Origin: a virus
Strand: one strand, 5' to 3'
UHGV virus genome: UHGV-0169311
Length of the DNA: 45,203 nt
The first letter of the stretch is position 1; every line of letters starts with the position of its first letter. This document shows positions 8,951 through 16,632 of the stretch, piece after piece. The translations under genes and the position numbers were made by a program. The notes beneath the pieces were generated by a model. The model saw only the letters and a program-made list of their open reading frames with translations, had not been told where the DNA came from and did no database searches.

Positions 8951-8995
8951 GATTTTATCCCTGTCTACCCATGCTTCCTGGGCACCAGCGGCTCG

Positions 8996-9388
8996 TTACT
9001 CGGCATCGCCCTTAATCCGCCGCCCCATATATTTGGCGTACAGATCGTCGAGTTCCTTCAGGCGCAGTGATACCGCCTTAAGAACTCCACCCTGATCCTC
9101 TTCGGGGAGTTGACGGAAAAGGCGTAAAAGCTCTTGCTCATTACTTTTTAATCCATCATTGGGCCCTATATCCTGCCCCAAAACCCAGGCTAAATTCACA
9201 CCAAGCGCATCAGCTAGCTTAAGTGCGGAGTTTTTCCCAATAGTTCCCCTTACAAACCAGTTGTTAACCGACTGGGATGTTACGCCACAAATTCTGGCCA
9301 GATCTGCTTTTGAGAGATGTTTACTATTCGTGATCTCATTGAGTCGTCTGACCTGTGGGTTATCTGATTCGTGTGTATTTTTTCTCAT
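8996..9388 (-). CDS. HTH repressor-like protein (paralog 2)
   Basis: 130 aa from the ATG at 9388 (track start is GTG 9403). HTH segment SKADLARICGVTSQSVNNWF and C-terminal helix LPEEDQ ... LRLKELDDLYAKYM. Paralogous to 9408..9791. Confidence 0.55.
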   Translation of the reverse strand: MRKNTHESDNPQVRRLNEITNSKHLSKADLARICGVTSQSVNNWFVRGTIGKNSALKLADALGVNLAWVLGQDIGPNDGLKSNEQELLRLFRQLPEEDQGGVLKAVSLRLKELDDLYAKYMGRRIKGDAE

Positions 9389-9407
9389 GTACAAGAGTAT
9401 CACTTAG

Positions 9408-9791
9408 CTAATCAGCATCGCCCCTGATTCTGCGATTCATGTACTTGGCATATAGTTCATCGAGTTCCTTCAGACGCAGGGAGAAGATCCTTATCATATT
9501 CTGCTGTTCTTCTTCCGGTAACTGTCTGTAGAGCTCCAGAATACGTTGTTCATCAGGCTTAAGACCATCCTTCTCTCCAACATCCTCACCAAGTAGCCAG
9601 GGGACGGACACCCCTGCAGCGTCAGCAACCGCTAATGCAGAACTTTTGCTGATTCTTCCTGTTTTGAACCAACTGGAAACAGCTTGCTTACTGACGCCAG
9701 CAACCCTGGCCATCTCTGTTTTAGAGAAACCTTTCCTGTTCAGTTCTGTAAGCCTGGAAATCAGCTCATTTGTCATTGTTTTTTCGCTCAT
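9408..9791 (-). CDS. HTH repressor-like protein, probable prophage repressor (paralog 1)
   Basis: 127 aa; HTH segment SKTEMARVAGVSKQAVSSWF; short, no peptidase domain; divergent from the Cro-like gene across an operator-bearing intergenic region. Confidence 0.6.
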   Translation of the reverse strand: MSEKTMTNELISRLTELNRKGFSKTEMARVAGVSKQAVSSWFKTGRISKSSALAVADAAGVSVPWLLGEDVGEKDGLKPDEQRILELYRQLPEEEQQNMIRIFSLRLKELDELYAKYMNRRIRGDAD

Positions 9792-9800
9792 TTCATTAGT

Positions 9801-9817
9801 GTAAATGATCGCTTTAC
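9801..9817. promoter_or_regulatory. Operator-like palindrome GTAAA-N7-TTTAC (copy 1)
   Basis: gtaaatgatcgctttac in the repressor/cro intergenic region. Confidence 0.5.
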
Positions 9818-9850
9818 TGTCAGGTAGGCATTCATGGTTTGACTTTTATA

Positions 9851-9867
9851 GTAAAATGATGCTTTAC
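9851..9867. promoter_or_regulatory. Operator-like palindrome GTAAA-N7-TTTAC (copy 2)
   Basis: gtaaaatgatgctttac, 50 bp from copy 1 and 23 bp upstream of the Cro-like start. Confidence 0.5.
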
Positions 9868-9889
9868 TTTTGCCATCTAAGGAGGTCCT

Positions 9890-10114
9890 ATGACTGGTAT
9901 TGAGAAAGCTATTCAAAAGTTCGGCACAGGTGCGGCACTCGGAAGAGCGCTTGGATTTTCAAAAATGACAATTTCCAACTGGAAAAAAACTGGCATTCCG
10001 CCCGATCACATTCTCTCTGTTTTTGAGCTTACGGGGGTCACACCGCATGAGTTGCGGCCTGACTTATATCCAAATCCAACCGATGCCTTACCAGTGCAAG
10101 AAACGAGGACGTAA
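9890..10114 (+). CDS. Cro-like HTH regulator (YdaS-like)
   Basis: 74 aa with RBS GGAGG; HTH LGRALGFSKMTISNWKK; ELRPDLYP motif as in YdaS-type Cro proteins (from memory). Confidence 0.6.
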   Translation: MTGIEKAIQKFGTGAALGRALGFSKMTISNWKKTGIPPDHILSVFELTGVTPHELRPDLYPNPTDALPVQETRT

Positions 10115-10116
10115 AC

Positions 10117-10656
10117 GTGCAATCACTATCACTTCATCAAAATAGCGGATATCAACCGGCTGCGATGATAAATCGCAATCAACCTGTCTCGGTAGATAAA
10201 CATGACCAGATCCGCGATGCCGTTCGTGCGTGGGCGGGTGTAGATGGTCAGGATGTCGTTTCTGCTCTGATCATCGAAGAGTACCAGGCTCAAGGGGGAG
10301 ACGAGATCACTTTCCCTGATGACCTCAGCCGACAGCGTCAGAAGCTTTTCCGCTTTCTGGATAACCATTTCAACAGCGAACGGTACCGCGAAAACGTTCG
10401 CCAGCTGACTCCGGCAATCCTCGCTGTCCTGCCGATTGAATACCGCAATCGTCTGCTACCAGAAGACAACGTAATGGCTCGTCTGGCAAGGCTGGAGAAG
10501 GAAACCAGCGAAGCGAAGATTGCTGTCGCAATGGATGCGCCACGTCATCAGAAGCTGAAAGAGTTGAGCGAGGGGATCGTGGAGATGTATCGCGTTGACC
10601 CTGGGTTAACCGGTCCGTTGATGGAAATGGTGCAGATTATGCTGGGGGCTATATGA
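10117..10656 (+). CDS. YdaT-like protein (occupies the CII position)
   Basis: 179 aa; TPAILAVLPIEYRNRLL resembles the YdaT motif IPAILAILPRELRHRL (from memory); immediately follows the Cro-like gene. Confidence 0.45.
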   Translation: MQSLSLHQNSGYQPAAMINRNQPVSVDKHDQIRDAVRAWAGVDGQDVVSALIIEEYQAQGGDEITFPDDLSRQRQKLFRFLDNHFNSERYRENVRQLTPAILAVLPIEYRNRLLPEDNVMARLARLEKETSEAKIAVAMDAPRHQKLKELSEGIVEMYRVDPGLTGPLMEMVQIMLGAI

Positions 10657-10740
10657 CCGGTTCAAAAATGGCGAAAGCCGCGGTGCTCGAACACCAACGG
10701 CTTTCAGGTGCAAAAACAGTGCGTAATTGCGGAGAACAGT

Positions 10741-11649
10741 ATGTCAAACACCGCTGAAATAATCAATTTCCCAAATAAAACCGAACAACCGGGAGGTCGT
10801 ATGGCCGACCTGTCGAACGGGTATACCAAGGTCGCTAACGAGATCCAACAGCTTAAGCCTCGCCTGAGACTGTCAGGCCGGGAATGGCAATGTTTTGAGG
10901 CGGTGATCTGGCTTACCTACGGCTGGAACAAGAAACAGGACCGCGTGACAAATACGGTTATTGCCGAGCTTACGGGCCTGAGCGATACGCATGTATCGGA
11001 CGCGCTTAAGTCTCTCGCAGAACGCAAAATCATCTTTTCACAGAAGCAGGGCATGATGAAAATCGTCGGTGTAAACACTGACCTTTCAGCATGGATTTTA
11101 GACAAACCGGAAACGGGAAGAAAATTCCCGAAAACGGGAAAATCCTTCCCGAAATCAGGAATAACCTTCCCGAAAACGGTAGACACCCAATACAAGAACA
11201 AGAACAGTATTAAAAGATCTTCGTCCGAGAATTCTGACGAATCCTCTGACGCACGTCTGAAGAAATTTTTATCAACTCATCCTGAAGCTGCGGTCTACAC
11301 ACCATCCGGTGCGAAGTGGGGCTCTGCTGAAGACCTCGAGACAGCTAAGTGGATTTCCTCCAGGGTGAAGCTGATTAACCCAACCTGCAAAGCCCCGGAC
11401 ATGACCTCCTGGTCTAACACTGTTCGCCTGATGCGCCAGATAGACAACCGGTCGCACCAGGACATCTGCGCGCTGTATGACTGGGCTAGCAAACACCACT
11501 TCTGGCAGACCAACATCCTGAGTCCCGAAAGCCTGCGTAAGCAGTGGGACAAGCTGACAATGCAGCGTAACGCCGGAGGTGAGCAGCGCGCTGTCAAGCC
11601 AGATCTGGACTTCAACAACACTGACTGGGCCTATGGGGTGATCCGATGA
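10741..11649 (+). CDS. O: Replication initiation protein O
   Basis: Start MSNTAEIINFPNK parallels lambda O MTNTAKILNF; TYGWNKKQDRVT motif; contains internal iterons. Confidence 0.8.
   Translation: MSNTAEIINFPNKTEQPGGRMADLSNGYTKVANEIQQLKPRLRLSGREWQCFEAVIWLTYGWNKKQDRVTNTVIAELTGLSDTHVSDALKSLAERKIIFSQKQGMMKIVGVNTDLSAWILDKPETGRKFPKTGKSFPKSGITFPKTVDTQYKNKNSIKRSSSENSDESSDARLKKFLSTHPEAAVYTPSGAKWGSAEDLETAKWISSRVKLINPTCKAPDMTSWSNTVRLMRQIDNRSHQDICALYDWASKHHFWQTNILSPESLRKQWDKLTMQRNAGGEQRAVKPDLDFNNTDWAYGVIR
11104..11182. repeat. Origin iterons: four ~16-bp repeats (TTCCCGAAAACGGGAA-like) at 21-bp spacing inside the O gene
   Basis: Copies at 11104, 11125, 11146, 11167; each is an imperfect palindrome; an A-rich tract follows. 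Analogous to ori-lambda within O. Confidence 0.6.
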
Positions 11650-12335
11650 AATCTCTTGCAGAGCAGATGCGTAACCACGACCGCGAGCAGATGAGCCGCA
11701 TGGCCCATAACCTGCCAGAGCAGTACCAGGAGTGCGCGCCGGTCGAGCAGGTGGCGCAGGTATTCAACAAGCTGTTCAACGAGCTGCGCGCCGCGTTCCC
11801 GGCCAGCATGGCGAACTTCCGCACCCAGGAAGACCTGAACGAATTCCGCCGTCAGTGGCTGCTGGCGTTTCAGGAGAACGGGATCCACACCATGGCTCAG
11901 GTCGATGCCGGCATGCACATTGCCCGCCGCCAGGAGCGCCCATTCCTGCCGTCGCCGGGCCAGTTCGTCGCCTGGTGCAAGCAGAGCGGCGGCGCGCTGG
12001 GCGTCAACGTTGACCAGGTGATCGCCGAATACTGGGACTGGCGTAACCGCTCGTTCGAATTCATCTCCAGCGAGCAATTTCCATGGTCGCAGCCGGTCAT
12101 GTACCACATTTGCGTAGAATTGCGCCACCGCAGCACCGAGCGCCAGTTAACGCATGGTGAACTGGCACGCGAGGCAGGCGATCTGCTGGACATGTGGGAA
12201 AGGCGCGTCACCGAGGGTAAGCCAGTGCCGCCGGTACGCCGGGCTATTGCCGCACCAGCTGCCGAGCAAGGGCCGACGCCGATCCAGCTGCTGCTGGCCA
12301 AGTACAACCGCAACAAGTCGAACGGGATGGTGTGA
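11646..12335 (+). CDS. P: Replication protein P (DnaB helicase loader)
   Basis: Strong colinear similarity to lambda P (MK..AEQM.N.DREQM ... RPFLPSPGQFVAWC) from memory. Confidence 0.85.
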   Translation: MKSLAEQMRNHDREQMSRMAHNLPEQYQECAPVEQVAQVFNKLFNELRAAFPASMANFRTQEDLNEFRRQWLLAFQENGIHTMAQVDAGMHIARRQERPFLPSPGQFVAWCKQSGGALGVNVDQVIAEYWDWRNRSFEFISSEQFPWSQPVMYHICVELRHRSTERQLTHGELAREAGDLLDMWERRVTEGKPVPPVRRAIAAPAAEQGPTPIQLLLAKYNRNKSNGMV

Positions 12336-12336
12336 C

Positions 12337-12681
12337 ATGAACATAACAATCCGTGAGCAGGTGCTGGCAGCCCTGCGCAACAACCCAGGGTTGAACAACG
12401 CCAAACTGGCAGGGCTTATCGGCATGGACACCAAAAAGATATCCGGAACGGTGAGCACGCTGCTGGCAGACGGCCTGATCCGCTGCGAAGGAAAATACGG
12501 CCAGCGCCTTTACAGCCTGACCAGCTACGGAATGCGCTTCGCCCCTGACACGATACCTGGCATGAAGCAGGGTAAGTCGAAGTTAATTCAGCGGACGGAC
12601 ACAAACGTGATCTGCCAGGAGTGCCGCAACAGCGCGGCGATGAGAAGGGTATTGATGGTTTGGGGGAGGGTAGGGGTATGA
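12337..12681 (+). CDS. Hypothetical protein (possible winged-helix)
   Basis: ATG at 12337, 1 nt after the P stop; track ORF 12154..12681 is its in-frame upstream extension inside P. Confidence 0.5.
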   Translation: MNITIREQVLAALRNNPGLNNAKLAGLIGMDTKKISGTVSTLLADGLIRCEGKYGQRLYSLTSYGMRFAPDTIPGMKQGKSKLIQRTDTNVICQECRNSAAMRRVLMVWGRVGV

Positions 12682-12875
12682 AAATCGAAGATATCAAAAA
12701 CGTTGCGGTGTTCTTCAATATGAACGGCAAGACAGTAGCGTTACGAATGGATGCTGAGCAGAAGCGGATCGTCGCATTAATGGCGCTTAACACGGCTGAT
12801 GCTCGGGCAGAACTGATTGAAGTGCCGCACATGACTTTACCAGCAGACCCAGCCATGGAGGAGGCCGCCCAATGA
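12678..12875 (+). CDS. Hypothetical protein
   Basis: ATG overlaps the upstream stop (ATGA); G-rich RBS; 65 aa. Confidence 0.45.
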   Translation: MKIEDIKNVAVFFNMNGKTVALRMDAEQKRIVALMALNTADARAELIEVPHMTLPADPAMEEAAQ

Positions 12876-13414
12876 GCAACATCGACAAACGTGGATTACG
12901 GGAAGCAGCGGAGAAGGCGACGAAAGGCCGGTGGGCTGTTGAGTTCGACGATGAGATTTACTCCACTGACGGCGTGAACCATGAGCAAATAGCCATGGTA
13001 TTCAGTGAAAACGAAGCGCGTGATGCTGCATTTATCGCCGCAGCCAACCCCGCCACCGTGCTGGCGCTGCTGGATGAGCTGGAAGCCGCAGAGAAGCGCA
13101 TAGCAGAACTGGAGGCGCGTTCATTCAATCCAGCAATTCTGGATGTGGTAGCCGAACGTCAGCGGCAACAGTCGGTTGAAGGATGGACTCCTGAACATGA
13201 CAACGCATATCAAAATAGCGAATTAGCAGATGCAGCGGCTTGTTACGCAATTCATGCGCACAACCAAGGTTTCTCCACTCCAGCACATTGGCCGTGGTCG
13301 CCTGATTGGTGGAAGCAATCAGGAGCACGCTGCGACTTGGTAAAAGCTGGCGCTCTTATTCTGGCAGAAATTGAACGCATTGACCGCGCAGCTGGCGTTG
13401 GAGTTCCTGCGTAA
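12872..13414 (+). CDS. Ead/Ea22-like protein
   Basis: N-terminus MSNIDKRGLREAAEKATKGRWAV ... AANPATVLALLDELEAAEKRIAELE typical of Ead/Ea22-like proteins (from memory). Confidence 0.55.
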   Translation: MSNIDKRGLREAAEKATKGRWAVEFDDEIYSTDGVNHEQIAMVFSENEARDAAFIAAANPATVLALLDELEAAEKRIAELEARSFNPAILDVVAERQRQQSVEGWTPEHDNAYQNSELADAAACYAIHAHNQGFSTPAHWPWSPDWWKQSGARCDLVKAGALILAEIERIDRAAGVGVPA

Positions 13415-13688
13415 GTACTGCGGTGAGGATTGCGACGGGCTGGTAGATATTGACAGAATCACTTTTCGCATCGTTGATATCGGTATGCGGATGCTGCAAC
13501 CGCACGAGCTATACCGCGCGCAGGGCTTCCCGGAGTGGTACATCATCGATCAGGACTATCGGGGGCAGAAGTACGCGAAGGACAAGCAGGTTGCGCGTTG
13601 TGGCAACGCAGTTCCGCCGCCATTCGCCGAGGCACTGGTGAGAGCTAATTTACCGGAGCTTTGTCAGCAGAAAGAGATCGCAGCTTAA
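13371..13688 (+). pseudogene. C-terminal fragment of a DNA (cytosine-5) methyltransferase
   Basis: RMLQPHELYRAQGFPEWY ... RCGNAVPPPFAEAL matches C5-methyltransferase motifs IX-X; no catalytic N-terminal motifs upstream; overlaps the Ead-like gene in another frame. Confidence 0.45.
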
Positions 13689-13787
13689 TGTCCGAGTTTC
13701 AGAACATGGTGTAACAAATCCTGCTACTTCAATGACGTAGATTCAAACCTGATATAATTAGTCTCTTCACAACACGAGGAGCCTAAA

Positions 13788-14024
13788 ATGCACCATTACA
13801 TGATCCCTATCAACGGAACTGTTCACCTGATCAAGACTGACTCTCTAATCCCTGAAGGGATTGAGTATAGCTTTGAAGGAGAAAGTCTAATCTGCGCTCA
13901 TGCCACTTTTAAATCTGGGACGTATGGCTTCCTGATACCAAAGGGAAATCAGTTGAATAGAGAGCATGCGTTCTGGCATGTAAGTGGAATTCACCCTAAT
14001 CCCCTGGGAATGGATAAATCGTAA
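13788..14024 (+). CDS. Hypothetical protein in an AT-rich insert
   Basis: 78 aa, RBS GAGGAG; lies between two diverged copies of the methyltransferase 3' end. Confidence 0.45.
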   Translation: MHHYMIPINGTVHLIKTDSLIPEGIEYSFEGESLICAHATFKSGTYGFLIPKGNQLNREHAFWHVSGIHPNPLGMDKS

Positions 14025-14216
14025 TCCATAATATGCATGCCATCGTCCTGAACATACGGTGGCATGCATCCGGCACTACAACAGAAACGTTAAAGTGCAA
14101 ACAATACAATTCGAGCAATATTCAACCTGTCACAGATGGCGAATACCACCGCCATTTCGTGCATTCTGTGGTTTCTATTACCCATTGCGTTAATGCTGTC
14201 CAATCATCAGCTCGCT

Positions 14217-14276
14217 GAGGCGCTGGTTAGGGCTAACCTACAGGAGCTTTGTCAGCAGAAACAAATAGCGGCGTAA
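14217..14276 (+). repeat. Diverged second copy (~80% identity) of the 60 bp at 13629..13688
   Basis: Both copies encode ...EALVRANL(P/Q)ELCQQK(E/Q)IAA-stop; the second has no methyltransferase body upstream. Confidence 0.6.
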
Positions 14277-14293
14277 TAAAACATCGCTAATTC

Positions 14294-14320
14294 AACCCGC
14301 TACGGCGGGTTTTCTTTTTT
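14294..14320 (+). terminator. Rho-independent terminator
   Basis: AACCCGC-TACG-GCGGGTT stem-loop followed by TTTCTTTTTTT. Confidence 0.6.
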
Positions 14321-14383
14321 TACTACTGACAGAAAATTAACAATTTGTGCTCTTAAAACGTTGATCATTTCCGCGCATAGGTA

Positions 14384-14403
14384 TACTGTATAAAAACACA
14401 GTA
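14384..14403. promoter_or_regulatory. LexA box (SOS operator)
   Basis: TACTGTATAAAAACACAGTA: perfect CTGT-N8-ACAG, 19 bp upstream of the dinI-like start. Confidence 0.7.
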
Positions 14404-14421
14404 CATGCAATTGGGGCCATT

Positions 14422-14655
14422 ATGAAAGTTGAATTAACCATTGATCGCATGAAAGAACTTCCTAAAGGCGCAGTACCAGCACTGGAGAAAGAACTGCTTA
14501 AGCGCCTGAATGATCACTATGACAATTGCAGGCTCACAATCCGCCGTGCCGGGGCCGATGGGTTAAGTGTTTTTGGTGGTGACAAGGACGATAAAAAGAA
14601 AATTGAATCAATCCTCCAGGATACCTGGGAAAGCGCTGACGACTGGTTTTATTAG
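14422..14655 (+). CDS. dinI: DinI-family protein
   Basis: 77 aa; colinear with E. coli DinI (MRIEVTI ... LSV.G..K.DK..I..ILQ.TWESADDWF) from memory. Confidence 0.8.
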   Translation: MKVELTIDRMKELPKGAVPALEKELLKRLNDHYDNCRLTIRRAGADGLSVFGGDKDDKKKIESILQDTWESADDWFY

Positions 14656-14772
14656 AATTGCGCTTAAGGCTGGCGCGCATTTTTCAGAATACCGCAATTT
14701 GCGTAACCCTCTGATGCTGCTGCCGACAATCTTTAATCGCGTCTGTTAGTCGCTCGAAGGGAGAACATAAAT

Positions 14773-15021
14773 GTGAGTGATTCAGCTTTGCAAACGTCAG
14801 AAGACAACTGGTATGACATTGTAAGAAGGTCTGACGGCTGCGTGGTGTTTAGCTTTCCTTCATCGGGCAGGCATCTAATTTATCGCGTCAATGGCATGGT
14901 TTCTATGCGGCCTTTGCTGGATGATGAAGAGGTCTTTACTCCTAATGGTTTTATGCAGTTTATTCACCGTCTCGGCTACCGGGTAACCCCACCTTCTGAT
15001 AATATGAAATCAACGGTCTGA
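14773..15021 (+). CDS. Hypothetical protein (GTG start); candidate antirepressor by context
   Basis: 82 aa, RBS GAAGGGAG; second gene of the LexA-box/dinI unit. Confidence 0.4.
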   Translation: MSDSALQTSEDNWYDIVRRSDGCVVFSFPSSGRHLIYRVNGMVSMRPLLDDEEVFTPNGFMQFIHRLGYRVTPPSDNMKSTV

Positions 15022-15055
15022 ACAACCGTAACCTACTGCGCCACGGAGAGAAACC

Positions 15056-15655
15056 ATGGCGCACGAACTACAACTCATCAAGCATTCCTCAGGAATCCTG
15101 ATCCCCGCTACGCCGGAGACCAGTGATTTACTGCAATCAAAAATCAAACTCGGCTCCGTACTGGTGGCTGAGTTCCGGCAGGTACGCAACCCGGCCTTTC
15201 ACCGTCGTTTCTTCGCGTTACTCAATCTCGGTTTCGAATACTGGGAACCCACCGGCGGGGCAATCTCCTCCAACGAACGCAAGCTGGTAACCGGCTATGC
15301 CAAGTTCCTTGCCTCATTCGCGGGAAGTGAAGCAGCACTCCTGGATGCTGCTGAGCAATATCTGGACCGCATCGCCGATAAGCGCGCCGGTAGTATCAGC
15401 ATCTGCAAATCCTATGACGCATACCGTGCATGGGTGATCATCGAGTCTGGCCACTACGACGCTATCCAGCTTCCTGACGGCACTCTTCGTAAACACCCCC
15501 GCAGCATTGCCTTCGCCAACATGGACGAAACCGAGTTCCAGCAGCTGTACAAAGCCGCGCTCGATGTTCTGTGGCGCTGGGTATTGTCCCGGGCATTCAA
15601 GGACCAGCGTGAAGCGGAAAACGCCGCATCGCAACTCATGAGCTTTGCGGGGTGA
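15056..15655 (+). CDS. Phage nin-region protein (DUF1367-like, from memory)
   Basis: 199-aa ORF with conventional start; MA..LQLIKHSSGILIPATPE N-terminus. Confidence 0.5.
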   Translation: MAHELQLIKHSSGILIPATPETSDLLQSKIKLGSVLVAEFRQVRNPAFHRRFFALLNLGFEYWEPTGGAISSNERKLVTGYAKFLASFAGSEAALLDAAEQYLDRIADKRAGSISICKSYDAYRAWVIIESGHYDAIQLPDGTLRKHPRSIAFANMDETEFQQLYKAALDVLWRWVLSRAFKDQREAENAASQLMSFAG

Positions 15656-15861
15656 TGGCGATGAAATATTCCTGGTTCCATCATACCGATTGCACAACCC
15701 AGCAGGCCGAAGAGCTCATGGAGGAATACCAGCGCCGCGGCGTAATGGTAGAGCGCAGCCTGAACTCCGATTATCTCACCTGGACCGTCAGCGCCCGGCT
15801 TCCTGAAGGCAATAAACCACCGCGTATAAATCGCCAGTGGCAAAACCGGATATGGGGGTGA
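15652..15861 (+). CDS. Hypothetical protein
   Basis: 69 aa, start overlaps upstream stop. Confidence 0.45.
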   Translation: MMAMKYSWFHHTDCTTQQAEELMEEYQRRGVMVERSLNSDYLTWTVSARLPEGNKPPRINRQWQNRIWG

Positions 15862-16145
15862 GCGTGGCTATTTATCGCAGCAAGAAATGGCTCGCCGCCG
15901 TCGGGCAGATCGAACGTTGTGTTCTTTGTGGCGCATGGGGAACGCAGGTGGCACACCGGAACGAAGGGAAAGGCATGGGATTAAAAACTGATGACTGTGC
16001 GACAGCTGCGCTCTGCGTTTGCTGTCATGACAGCATTGATAACGGGAATAAGCTGAACAGGGAAGAGCGCCGGCAGCTTATGGATCGCGCGATTGTTCTG
16101 ACAGTGATTGAAGTTGCCCGCCGCGGGCTGGTGGTGCCCGCATGA
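15837..16145 (+). CDS. Phage nin-region Cys/His-cluster protein (DUF1364/YbcO-like)
   Basis: CVLCGAWGTQVAHRNEGKGMGLKTDD ... CVCCHDSIDNG; start ambiguous within 15837..15866. Confidence 0.45.
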   Translation: MAKPDMGVSVAIYRSKKWLAAVGQIERCVLCGAWGTQVAHRNEGKGMGLKTDDCATAALCVCCHDSIDNGNKLNREERRQLMDRAIVLTVIEVARRGLVVPA

Positions 16146-16498
16146 AAATTTACGAAATTACGCCGATTGGCAAGCCCAGGATGACTCAGCGTGACCGATG
16201 GCATAAACGGCCAGCAACGGCAGCGTACTGGGCTTACAAAGAACAGGTCAGGTTGCTCGGCATCCGTCTGCCTGAGTCCGGATATCACGTCACGTTCGTT
16301 ATCCCCATGCCAAAGAGCTGGAGTAAGGCAAAGCGGGCGCAATATGTCGGCAAGCCACATCGACAAAAGCCGGACAAAGACAACCTGGAAAAAGCTTTGC
16401 TGGATGCAGTGTTTGACGAGGATAGCCATGTCTGGGACGGACGGGTTACCAAAATCTGGGGAGAAACCGGGCAAATCATTATTGAGGAGGCCAAATGA
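16142..16498 (+). CDS. rusA: RusA-family Holliday junction resolvase
   Basis: 118 aa; PDKDNLEKALLDAV parallels the RusA D-x-D-N-L-x-K-A motif (from memory). Confidence 0.7.
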   Translation: MKIYEITPIGKPRMTQRDRWHKRPATAAYWAYKEQVRLLGIRLPESGYHVTFVIPMPKSWSKAKRAQYVGKPHRQKPDKDNLEKALLDAVFDEDSHVWDGRVTKIWGETGQIIIEEAK

Positions 16499-16632
16499 AG
16501 CCAGAAACGCTTGAGATACTCCGCGCGCGCTGGCAGCGCCTTCGCATTTATCGCTACCGGGGATCGGTGCTGGTGGATTATCGCATTCTTCGTAATTTTG
16601 TTCGTATCTATCATTCAGCAGGAGCAGCCTAA
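16495..16632 (+). CDS. Small basic protein (45 aa), not in the ORF track
   Basis: ATG overlaps the rusA stop (ATGA) and its stop overlaps the Q ATG (TAATG); strong RBS GAGGAGG; MKPETLEILRARWQRLRIYRYRGSVLVDYRILRNFVRIYHSAGAA. Confidence 0.4.
   Translation: MKPETLEILRARWQRLRIYRYRGSVLVDYRILRNFVRIYHSAGAA

Noticed and set aside
12154-12336. Upstream extension of ORF 12154..12681 into the end of gene P.
   Set aside because: The extension lies entirely inside P in another frame; an ATG 1 nt after the P stop (12337) gives a compact, coupled gene.
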